DNA from: Saccostrea echinata
Taxonomy: Eukaryota
Direction: 5' to 3'
Assembly: GCF_033153115.1 (NCBI RefSeq)
Contig: NW_026889805.1
Span: 14,942,001-15,006,000, forward strand
Length of the DNA stretch: 64,000 nt
The translations under genes and the position numbers were made by a program. The notes under the pieces are model-generated. The model worked only from the letters and a program-made list of their open reading frames with translations. It did no database searches and had not been told where the DNA came from. The number at the start of each line of letters is the position of its first letter. Within the stretch, counting starts at the first letter, position 1. Below are positions 47,011-59,500 of this stretch, piece after piece.

Positions 47011-49431
47011 GTTAAAACAAACACATAAGATTGATAAAGTAAAATTCTTTAGTTGTAATCTCGTTTGAAATTGGTGATAAAATGAATATTTTCACAATGT
47101 TTTTGTTTGTAACCCCCCCCCCCCCGTTGAAACAACGAAAGCTTTGGATGAATTAAATAATACTAGTAATTCATAATACCTGGGGGGGGGGGGGGGTAAA
47201 AATAATTTCCATTTTCAATTGAAAAAACACAAGTTTTACCAATTTATAGTTATCTCAGCAATTCAAAGAATGGGTAAATTTCTTATATGGCTATTCACTA
47301 CATCCATGTTCGCCACATGTGATCCACATAATTATATGACTTTCATAAGTGGATCATATAATTTGCTTCATATGAGTATATGGCACTTTTTCTTATATAG
47401 CATTAGAAAATCATGAGTGACTCAGTTGATCAAAAATAACATAATAATAATAGAAGTTACACTTCCACTGGATCTACCCTATATCTTTAAATCTCACGAC
47501 TAATTGGGATGTTCACATTATACCCGTAAGTATGAATTGAACTTATAAAAATCAATGTGCCTCAAAGAAATAAGTACATGCACTAATATAAAATTCATTT
47601 TACGAGAATGAAAAAAAAATATTGTAAAAATAAAAGGTGACTAGAGAATAATTTCACTTTTATAGTTTAGACATTTTCAAGGTTTTTCAGTAGTATCTTT
47701 GTTTTACCAGTATGCTGGTTTAATGCATGTATTTCAACACATATTATGCATCAAAATCTTCACGAGCGAGTCGTTTCTTAACGAATCATATCTTTACTTT
47801 GATCACATCGTCAAAAATAAAAAAATTATGAACCACATCACCTCACAGTAATGTGTATCATTTAAAGTTTAAATTTAAACTTATCTCCAACTTTCTAGCT
47901 ATAGAGAACTTTTAATAATGTACCAAATGTCTCGATTACATCTTTGCTTCAAATAACCATCTTTTTAGGAAGCCTATCCGATTTTCTCTTAAAAATATTA
48001 AAAAATATCAATTTCTAGAATCAAAATAATAGCTAGAATAGCGAAGAATATGCATGATAATATTTTCTCCAATATCGTTATGTCAGTTATGTATATGATT
48101 GGTTGCTGTGACGTCATATTGTTCATCATCATGCACTAAAGCTACATTCCTGTATTAATAAAACTCACATTACCAGAAAAACACCAACACTAATTCATGT
48201 GAGTGTTTGATTGGTTGCTTTGGCGTTATATTTTTCATGTTTCTCTATATGTACAATTATGCAGAGGCCCTAATGGAAACACACACTAGGAGAAAAAAGC
48301 CAGCACTTTAAACAGTTAAAGGTTTTCATATGAAAATAAAATGTCCAATGTGAACAATATATTTGAAGAAAATGAATGATTTTATTTTTTATTTTCCATT
48401 TTAAATGGAAATACACTCGATTTGAAATCCATTTTTTGTTCACCTCTTTCATTACTAACAATCTGGCATAAACATGTATCTGACATAAGCATGTGTGAAA
48501 AAGATTCTAAAATTAAAATCTAAAAAAAAAAAAAAAGGCAGAATAGAGTAAATGTGGTTTTAAGATGTGAATAAATTGCTGGCAATTGTGGATACATGCA
48601 TAACGTTGTTAATGATTTATTCGCCTTAATTATAAATTCATATTCATGTCGTGTAATCTCGTCATGATTTCCACAATGTATTTATTTTACTACAGGGAAG
48701 CCATCAGAAGGTAGGAATAATTTTTCACTCCCAATTTTTTTCTTTGCTTTGTTTTGTTTTTAATTGTTTAAAACGATAAGAATTTTATCATTTTAGGATT
48801 ATTATTTTATAGTGTGTAATTTATAATAAGAAAGCTTCTTTATTAAAACAAGATTTTTTACGCCCTACTTAAGAAAATATAAATTATAAATAGAATTCAA
48901 TACTAAACATTAAAAAAAAATCAATTTTAATTGTAATTGAATGAAATTAAAAAATTAAAAACAAAGCTTGAAAATATTTTATCTCAAGAAAAATTGTATT
49001 CCAATAAAAAAAAATTAAAAATAAAATACGAGATAGAAGCAAACGGCTCGCAAATCATCTTACACAATCACTCAGAGTACAAGTCAAAATAAGTAATGTA
49101 TATCAGTCATTCAGAAAATGAAGCTCAATACTAGACGGAGCTGGCACCGGCAGCAAGCCATTAAGTTTGACAAATTAGTGCGTCAAAACTCGAAACGAAG
49201 CAAAAATTCATAAGAATACGGCGTGTTTGTGAAATTTTGATGTCTTATTAACATATAAGGTTACTTGGTATCGTCAAAATGATTGATTCGTTTGACGGCT
49301 CGAACTGGCGTTTCTTTGCCTTATTTTAGAAAGATGAAATGAAAATTGTTCTTCCTCAAAACTATTTTTGAATACACTCACCATTTATCGATGTTTTGTT
49401 TTAATTTAGGTATATGTTATAGTTATTTCAG

Positions 49432-52400
49432 ATGAGGGTAACGATACCAATATTGCTGGCCCTCAGCGCTCTGGCACTCGGAAAAATAGAAAGAGTGCCC
49501 ATGCCTGCGAATATGTGCAAGATTTACAGAAACCTTGGTACGGAGTATAAAAAAACAGGAAACACGAAAACGCAGCATGAAATACAGGACCTAGGGCTTA
49601 AGCAATATCTTTGGGAAACCGATCGTACCCGACCGTCCAAGAAAATTCCCGACGCCACAGTGAAATACATCGAAAGTTTAGACAGAGAGATTTACAATGC
49701 AGCCAGCCAGCAAGGTAGAAAAAAGAGGCAAGCTGGGTGGTACCGTGGCGAACGGAAGGAAATTCGAATGCTTAGTGATGAAGAGAGGCGGGCAGTTTTT
49801 AATTGCTTTAACACACTTAAACAAACTAAGGTAAATGTACAGGTGAAAATTAAAATTTTATAAGTATATGAATAATTCTCTGTAATCACATAACTACTGA
49901 TACACCCATTGAATTTCACGCTCTACATGTATCTGAAATAGCTAAAATCATTTCTGCGTTCATTTTATTTAAAATCTGTTTCAGACATTAGAGCCCAATG
50001 TATACGATGCTTTAGCTAGTGTTCATCACGGTGCAACTACTCCAGTAGCTCGTTTTGGTTGTGGCTTCCTTGGATTCCACAGAATTTATCTCCTAAGGTT
50101 TGTACACCGTTTGCATTAGTCCCCACCCTACTTTGTATCAATTTGGGTCATACCATATCGGCATTACCCTATTATTCAGACTATCATCTTAGTGATATTT
50201 TAAGGAACAACAAGTATTCCTATTGTAGTCGACTAGTCCTACTGACGATTACAGATTTTTTCAAATGTGGTCTCAGAAATACAAATAAGGGTGCAAAGTT
50301 TTAGAGCAAGTGTATACAAAGAAAAGGATTAATCCCACTAAAATTTATTATGTACAACATGAGGGATTCCGCTGCACAGGAATATGCATAAAAAATCCCA
50401 GGTTATGCAAACTCTTTCACTCATATCAAATTTGGTACCCTAATCCAAAGTACCAATTGGTAAGGATCTTCTACAGATTATGGGTAGAAAGGAACACTAC
50501 TACCGTGTACTTGCCGAAAAAACGGAATTGAAAAATTATTTGAAATCGTTTCCACATTTATTTTTAGATTAGAGTTGGCGATGAGGCAATACTGTGGCCC
50601 CACGATAACTATTCCGTACTGGGCAACTACACTGGACGACCCACTTCAAGACCCTGCTTTATCCGTTGTATGGTCTCCCGAGTTCTTTGGAAATGCTTAC
50701 AATTTCGTGGAAACAGGGCCATTCGCCAACTGGACAGACCGCTCAGGAAGAAGAATATCTCGTAACCTGAATAACATTGGGTCCCTCATCAACGAAAGAG
50801 ACATTGAACAAGTGATTGAACGAAACAAACATTATCATGACATTTTTTACCGCCCGGAAAATCCATCTGCAGCAAATTTAGTAAATACCATAGAAGGGAT
50901 TCAGAACAATCCCCACGGGTTTGTGGGAGGAACTATGAATCGAATGAATATTGCATCATATGATCCACTTTTCTTTTTCTATCACGCATTCGTCGACTAT
51001 ATATTTGAAAAGGCTAGAGAGAGTTTTAGGAACAGAGGCTTTAACCCTGCAAACGATTACCCAGAATGCGTAGGCGATCATGCAGCCCAGTCTCCAATGG
51101 CCAGCTATACATTCTTTAGAAACATCGATGGTCTGAATGACATCTGGACTAATCAGTACTTTTATTATACCGATCCACCAACTTGTTCAGCACTAAATAG
51201 AGACTGTGGGTCAAAATACCTTGTATGCAGAAACACGAGAGGACAATGGAAATGTCAGTCTAGAGTAACTAACTCTGTATTTGATGTTTCTCCAGAGATA
51301 CGTATGGCATCTTATGCATTGAATGAGCAACTTCCTGGTCAGAGATTTCAAGTAACTAGAGGTAACGTTAACACCGGATTAACTGGTAACATTAACACCG
51401 GATTAACTGGTAGCATTAACACCGGATTAACTGGTCCAACGGATCAACTTGGAGGAACAGTTCAACAAAATCCTTGGAACTTAGCTGGTCCCAAAGTAGA
51501 ACTGCCTGTTTCTCCTCCTCAAACATCTGGTGCTAGTCCGTTTACAGAATCACAAATGGGAACAAATGTTGCCCAGCAATTTGGTGCTGGTGGCAATACA
51601 TTGTCACAACAGGCACAACCTGATCCCCTTCCTAGACAAATTGGAATTGGCCAACCGCAAAATATCCCTGGTTTTCAAACCTCTGTATTAAGTGAAACAG
51701 GTACCTCTCAATTTGGTAGTCAAATGGTACACTCACTGCCAGTTCAACCATCTCCAGTACAATCACTATCAGTGCAATTACCAGTACAGTCACAACCACC
51801 ACAAGGAAATTTGCACACAGGTGTGCACTCTGCTTTTAACCCTTTTGATCCAAAAAATCAGCAACAAGGAATGAATGGTGCTGGCAATGGCAATATGGAA
51901 TTACCTGTAATGGGTAGTCCAGGTGGTGGAATGGAACTTCCAGTGATGAATCCTGTTGTGGATCCTGTGAATACATTTGAACCCATTGGAAATCCAATGG
52001 AGCAAATAGGTCCTAATCCACAGGTATCTGGTCCAGAATTACAAGTTAGGAATCCACAAACAGTTGCACAATCTCCACCTGTTGTCAATCCCGCTCCAGC
52101 AAAATCACCTGTGGATATAGGTCCAAAACCCATTCCAATTACACCACCTCCTAAACCAACAAATCCACCTCAACCTGTTCAGCCCCTAGAACCTCGACCC
52201 CAGCCACCTTCCATCATCTCTAATCTAAATCTACCTGGCAATCAACAAGGAGGAAGTGGTAATTTCTTCAGCTGGCGAACACAACCTCAAAATTCATTCA
52301 GTATGAGAAGACAGAAACGCAGTGTAAAGCAAGATTTGCCCTTGCCACTTGACAATGAAAGGACTTCATGGGTACACCAACTGGCCTATCCAATTCAAAA

Positions 52401-53052
52401 TACCTTTGAAATTGATGGAGTTGCCGATTCCTCCAAATGGCTTTACGTGCCAGTAAGTGTTACAGTTGTAAGGTCACCAAATCGTACATTTGAGATTCAT
52501 GGATATGAAAACAGTATGAATTCTCCATATGATATCTATGATCCAATACAGTCTAGACAATTTCAAAGAAGACTGACCACGCAAGCACTACCAAAGCGAT
52601 CACATTCATCAATAAGTGGTTCTGGTGCTTCCCAGATTTATTTGAAGTCTGATGGCTTGTCTTATGATGGTACCTACATGGACTACGTAATTGTTGATGA
52701 ACGTTTGCCAATATCAGAGTACACAGGGTTTGTGGCAATAAAAGACCCAAAGTATGGAAAATCTGACACACATGTTTCTGTATTTGACTCACTAGGACAA
52801 ATTTGTAAACCAAGATGTGCAACTTCTAAATCAAGATCCAACCCCAAATATCGCCCCTGTTCAGGAGTTATTGAAGCTGTCACTTCTTCTCCAGATATGG
52901 CTTACAAGAGCATTCCAGAAGCAATAATGGACATGTGGGCCGTCAGAGATCCATATCCTCCTCGCATGTACAGACCAACATACCTTGAATTCCTTTGTGA
53001 CAGTACAAACACTCTTTACTGGGAAGGCTGTCAGAATGACAGATATCAATAA
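49432..53052 (+). CDS. Secreted tyrosinase-like (type-3 copper family) protein with degenerate copper site and long G/P/Q-rich linker, 998 aa
   Basis: Exons 49432-49830, 49985-50097, 50568-53052 (phases 0, 2); 2997 nt open. Signal peptide MRVTIPILLALSALALG. Motifs RKEIRMLS, FLGFHR, IPYW, GPFANW, HGFVGGTM..ASYDPLFFFYHAFVD. C-terminal domain QNTFEIDG..W.YVPV..SDGLSYDG.Y..VDERLPIS..C.P.C..PCSG as recalled for mollusc tyrosinase-like proteins. Confidence 0.93.
51361..51432 (+). repeat. Coding 24-bp tandem repeat x3 (G[N/S][V/I]NTGLT)
   Basis: GGTA(A/G)C(G/A)TTAACACCGGATTAACT three times, in frame. Confidence 0.95.
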
Positions 53053-53579
53053 TAATGAAAACAAATTGTGAACTTTTATATTAATATTATTATAAAAACA
53101 ATTGATTGTGGTAATTTAAATTATATTACTGTAAACGTACATAAATTAGCGCACTCAAAATTTTGTGCAATCTTCCTTATCAGTTGATTACAGCAATCAT
53201 GAATTAGCGTATTTAGAGCCAGGGTTCTTCGTGTATTTGTTTAAATCATTATATTAGTGTGTACTTGAATAACCAGACAAGGTGCTAAGATATGATTACT
53301 GCTAAAATAAGTACGTTTACAATAATTGGAAAAAACTCCTGGAGATTCTAATTACAATAATTTAAGATATCACAACATTTTTGACAATCTTTGAAAGTCA
53401 TGATTAGGACTCAAAACAGCACTTTTTTGTGTTCATTCCTGAGCTGCAGTGTCTGGCAGTTTCAAAGGAGTTTTGTCAGCATCCTCTTGTGAAAACGAAT
53501 GGGGTTCTACTGCTCATACATAATGGCAATAAACATTTGTATAAACTAGACATGGATTATGTTTTATGTCAGCTGTTAG

Positions 53580-56500
53580 TTATCTAAGTCTCTTCACCTG
53601 AAAAGACAAAAATACACAAAGACACATATATAATGAGAAAATATTTCAGCATTTATAAAAAATACAAGTTACCATTTCACAAAAAATTCATTTTAACAAT
53701 ACTGCATATACATATTAATTCTGGTAATTAAAGTAAGAGGAATTAAGGTTTGGGTTATTGTCAGAATTTAATTTTAAATTCATATTTATTCAGTACAGAA
53801 AATACTCCTAAAAACGATTCAAGTTACATTCAACAAAAAAATTCTCTTATGTTATACAGCAAAGGGTGATATTTTATCCCTTTATTAGGGATCAATATAC
53901 ATAATAATTAATCCTTAAAATATGATTCAGAGAAAATTGAACAGTTGTTTGTTCTCTGAATGTTCAAGAATCTTGCAGGAGAGAGTAATAAAACAAGACA
54001 CTGTAATTATAGATGGCGTCAGCTGAAATATTTTCCATCTGTATGAAATTTTAAGTGTCTGGAAATTATTCCAGTCTCTTGTAGTGTAGAATTATGTCAC
54101 TGTGTTGACACTTGCTTAATTTAGTAAAAGCAGTCTATGGCATATCTAAATTATGCAATTCAATTTATCAAATATTTCACAAAAAACTAAACATCCATAC
54201 AAAATATTTCTTTTAAAATTTCAAAATCAACATGATTTTTTTTTTGTCATAAATGATGAATTACACAGTCTGCCTAACTAGGGAGGTACAGGTCACTCAA
54301 TCATTTATAACTATCTGCAATATCAGTATCTCCCCAGATGGAGTGGAATCTATTGTTTATGCCTCAAATGTCTTTTGAAAAGTCATATCCATATGGGCAT
54401 AGCCCTTCTTTTAAATAATAAATATAAGATGCTCATTCTGTAAAGGTGATCAACATTTTAACTGGATTCATGTTTCAAGGGTCGTACTAATGACTATGAG
54501 ATGCTTAAAGTAATGGATCTGAACAATTTCCCAAATTTCTTTACTTTTCTAGAATTTCTATTACATCTTTGAGTGAACATTTTTCTAAGCTAAGATGGAC
54601 CTATAACATATCTCTTCACTGTTCTCAATCACCCTAAAAGGTTATGCCCTTTCTCTAACTTAGTTCTCTGCTTGCATTGTACTGTGACTGCTTACAAATT
54701 CTTTGGTAATTACATGTACAACTATACTACTAAAATCCTTTCATACTTTACCTTTGATAGGAAAGCATCACATATTTCTATTGTAAACTGTTCTAATGTT
54801 TGACCTCCCTGATGACTCTTACTTCTCATTCCCTGAATTCAACAAAAATTAAAAATGCATTCATAAAGTTCTTAAAAAATAAATACATTAGCGATGTTTT
54901 ATAACCTGGCATATTTTTGTTTGCTTGTTTTTTTAATTTAATGTCCCTCTTAAGAATTTCTCACTTATATGGAGACGTCACCATTTGCAGGTGGAGGGCT
55001 GCAAATTTAGACCTATATTTGACCCGCAGATCCATTGAGCAGTGAGGGATCTATTTCATGCCAGCACCTACTGCAACATGGGGCCTCACTTTTTACGGTC
55101 TCATTCAAAGGAGCAATCTATTCATCCTGCAAAGAGATTCGAACCCGTGACATAAGGATCAACTACTTACACCCCAACTCTAGAGCAAACACTCTAACCA
55201 CTGTGTCATGCTTTTGACGACATATTTTTGACAATGAGCTGTAAGTTATCTGGTTCAGGTACCTTAAACGCTTCCCCCTCCTCCCCCCCCCCCCCCCCCC
55301 CCCCTTCTTCAGTGGATCCAAAATCCAGGAATTGAAAATGTTTAGGAGTGTTAGAGTGCAATATTGAGATAATATAAAACAAATTATCTTTGAATAAAGA
55401 AATAATTTTTTTAAAATACATTCTTTCATCAGACAATTTTGTATTTAATTTATTCATTATATTTATTTGTTGTACAATTGTTGCTTTTGGAAAAATCACA
55501 TGGATGCTTTGGCAATTGTATGCATACACATTAACCACTGTTAAAAATGACTCTCTCTCTTTCAAATGATATTGTCCTTATGCTCATGCACTGTATTGTT
55601 ATCATGCATTACATCCATGCTCTATGGAGCTACAGAACTTGCTTTTAAGTTTTGAGAGAATTAATCTTTTTTTTAACTTGGTCAATAAAGATATTGTGTT
55701 CATTGGTTTATCAGTCAGTACAAAAGACAAAGAAAGATAACTTCTAAATGCTTCAATTATCGTGGTACATAATTATTACAAAGTGAGTGAAAATTGTTTA
55801 TTAGAGTCTGTACATTCAATAGTTTAACAATGGTTAATGTGACCCTAGACTGGTGACAGATCTTTACTGATGTGAATGACTGACTCATTGATTATTCACA
55901 AAGAAATGGTCGCCCATGTGGTGCATTGGTAGAGCGTCTGCTTTAGAGTCACGGAGTAAGTTGATCCTTACATTGCGGGGTCGAATCCCACTGTGGGACG
56001 TGGAGACCAGTCCTTCGGATGAGACCGTATAAACCGAGATTATGTTGCTGTGAACAAGTAAACTTTACCTAATATGTTTTACACATCCTGTGTGCATACA
56101 TATAAATTATACTAAGTCAGAAAGAAGAACTATCAACTATCCAAGAGTTGGCAAAATTGCAAAAGAAGATAACACAATTTTTACAAAAAAAAAGTTGGAT
56201 AACAGTTTCAAAATGGATGTGGACAAAGTCATTCCTTTCAAAAATGAACTATCATGAGAACAGATACTCACCCTCTCTAGAGCATAAAAAAGACCATCAG
56301 GGCCCAAGTTATAGCCGGCCTCTACAATTCTACAAAGAGCAAGACAAAATTAACCTCTAAATGTAGGGGTGGGAGGGATAGAAGGAAGTAATTAATTAAC
56401 TTAACTTAATAAGTAATTAAGGCATAAGAATCATACACAGAGGAGGTAACTGTTCTGTCAAACAAAAATGTTTACATTACTCATGACAAGATTTATTCTT

Positions 56501-59500
56501 GATAATTTAATTCAATCTTCCTCTGTCAGAAGTAAAGTTGATAAAAGGGTACATGAAGAAAGTGATTTCTAATTAGTTCAGGAATCAACTAGTTAAGATA
56601 GAAACAAGAGGTCCATAGGCCACAAACCTCACCTGAGCCACATATCACAGCTTGAGAAATGGACATGTACAAAAATGAAATCAGTTAAGGCCAAACCCTA
56701 ATTTTGAGAGCTGTGACCTGATCAATTTGAATATATATGAAATGTGGATGCTTCTTCTGTTAGTCTGGGGGGAGGGCAATCAAACTGAAATCTATATAAT
56801 GTCATGGTTGTAGCATGTATAATTTGAGTAACTGTGACACTCTTGTGCTTTAGAGGAACTTTGCAGTGTACCCTATAATTCCTCTGTAAAACTTCTAATG
56901 ACTATAGAAACGCTTAAGTAGACCAATCTAACCCCTGGTTCAATGGTTTAAACTGAATCTACAGTAAAACTCAGTAGGCTGTGGCCCTTAAGCTTATTTG
57001 AATATATGTCACACAAGGATGCTTTGTGGCAAGTTTGTTTGAAATTGACTCTGTGGTTCTAGGGCAGAAGATAAAAATTAATGTGAAAAGTTCACAATGG
57101 CACACACATAGATATATGCTGAACAAACTCTGATCAGAAAAGTTTACTTAAGCCCATAAAATAATGGCTCAGGTAAGCTAAAAGGCAATTATACTAGTTT
57201 GCAAAAATTGAAAACTGTGCCAATATTTTGAACTACTATGGTGAATTATATCAAAATGGTAAAATGTCTATTACAAGTGTATTACTTTTAAGATATAAAA
57301 ACATGGATTCTTGAAAGAAAATCTAAACAATATGATTAATATCTCTACTTGATCATTTTCATTGTAATACATTGTATTGATTTTCAATTCATATTTTTGA
57401 ATTGCTTAATTTACAATATTTGTGTAATTGTGGCATTGTTTGGGTGAGAAAACTATCTTTTCCACACTTTGTGACAAAATAAACCCATGTGCTTTACTTA
57501 CGACAAAGAAAACCGATCTGTCAACCCTGTGTTTGGACTAGAATGGACAGTTATAACACAAAGGGTTACACACTAAAACAATCCACATTTAATAATCATG
57601 AAATGTTTAAAAAAATATCTGATTTAACATTAGTCATTTTAGTTGTTAAAAGTATTTTTTAAACCAAATCTAAAAAAAAAACAAAAAAATGCAGTCAAAC
57701 CTGTATTAAGTAACCTATCAATGAAATTTTAAAAAGGTCACTTATGACAGGTAGTCTCTTACATCAGGGAATCATATTCTAGTAGTTTTCAACGTACATG
57801 CATGAATACTAAATAGTAATAATACCTGTATTTGTTTTCCTGTTCCCTTTCTTTCATCAAAGTTTTGAATCATTTTCATTCTTTCTGATACATAAAATTG
57901 TTCAATAAATATTTTTTTTGTAAAAATTGTTTTTATTATAGTTAGTAGGGATAAGTGTAAAATCCCTCTGAAAGATATCCAAAACAGGTTTGTTTCTATC
58001 AAGTTGCATACTTTTAGGATAAAAACTACCCATGACAAGATAATGCAAAAAAAGAAAACTCCTTCAAAAATGTCCAAAAATTTCAGTTGTTTTATATTTC
58101 ATAAAGAGCACAACCTCTGATTCAGAATATATAATTATATAATGATAGAACAGTTTCTGCAGATTATAAAACATGTTTTATATTTTGGATTGAGGGGTGT
58201 GCTCATATTTTAATTCCTTGCTGAATGTACTCAAATACACCTATTTTCTGCCAAATTCAAGAACACTGCAATTTCACAAAGTCTGTTTTCCAACACCTTG
58301 ACTCTCAGAGGAAATATACATTATAGGAAATGAAAGCACTAAGTCTCTCCTTTAAAATGATGTTGAAATGGGACATACTGATGACAGTCATTTTTTTTTT
58401 TTTTTTTGGTATATGGACAAGGCCATTTTATACATAAAGTGAACCTAACTCTTTAAAGGTAAGGTTGCAAATGACAGGAAGCTGCTAGATATAGGTGGTC
58501 ACTATAGACAGGCTTGACTGTATTTTGATGTAAAGCATGACCTTCAGCAATGAAATACTGAATGTCCTGTCATAATCATCTTTAAATATCAATACCTGTA
58601 AAACGTATTCTAAAGACAATGTAGAAAATAAATAGAATTAGCTTTTACTATCAAAACAATGACCATAAGATGTTTTTGCACAAAAAATCAGCACACATTA
58701 CCAGGAGTTTAAACCAGATATAAAATTATAAAAATCCTTGTATTTTTTAAAGAAAAATTATTATAAATATAGTTTTAGCTGGTATTTCCTATAAATTTGA
58801 TTTGGAGGAAGTGTACAGTATTGCCAGGATCACAAAATTGCAAAAAAGGTCCTTCAATAATTGGAACTTTTAAATTATACAGGGAGTAAGAAATTAAAGT
58901 TCAAAACTATGTTGCGTATGTCCTTAATGTAATAAGAGCTTTGAAATTTAATTTTAATATGAGATAATTAAAGCTGTTCAGCAAAATAAACCACCATTAA
59001 TGAAACCTCAGAGTGCAAGTGCTGCAGAGCTGAAATTTTTTTTTTAATGTTACTAACTAGTTTTTTTTTTTTTTTTTAATCCAGGTACTAGTGTAACATT
59101 CACAAAATCCACTTTTTCATTTCTCTTGACCCGGCCATCTTTAACTAAAATTCATCTAAATTCTATCCCTAGACACAATCAAATCTTGTTATCTTGAACT
59201 CTATGGAACCAAAAAAGAAAAAAAAATCAGATACTAAGGATAAGGTTATCCAAGATAAAACACCTTGTTTTCAATATTTTTATTTCTGTCAGTAATATAC
59301 AGTTAAAAATTGTCATCCTCCAAATAAACATTTTTTGAATAAATTTTAATGAAATATATCTATTAACTATAAATAAAATTTTTCTCTCAGTTAAAAGGAT
59401 TTTTGTGTTGTTGCAACACAAAGTTCAGGAATTGTGAATCTTTTCAATAGAATTTCAATCATAAAGCAGAAATTTGACAATACATATAATTTTCAGTTAG

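Noticed and set aside
21529-53052. Functional shell/immune gene cluster linking FAMeT-sushi, tetraspanins and tyrosinase
   Set aside because: Only adjacency supports it; no shared regulatory signal is visible in the sequence.
51692-53064. Overlapping and antisense ORFs within the tyrosinase exon
   Set aside because: Shadow frames of a long coding exon with no recognisable motifs.
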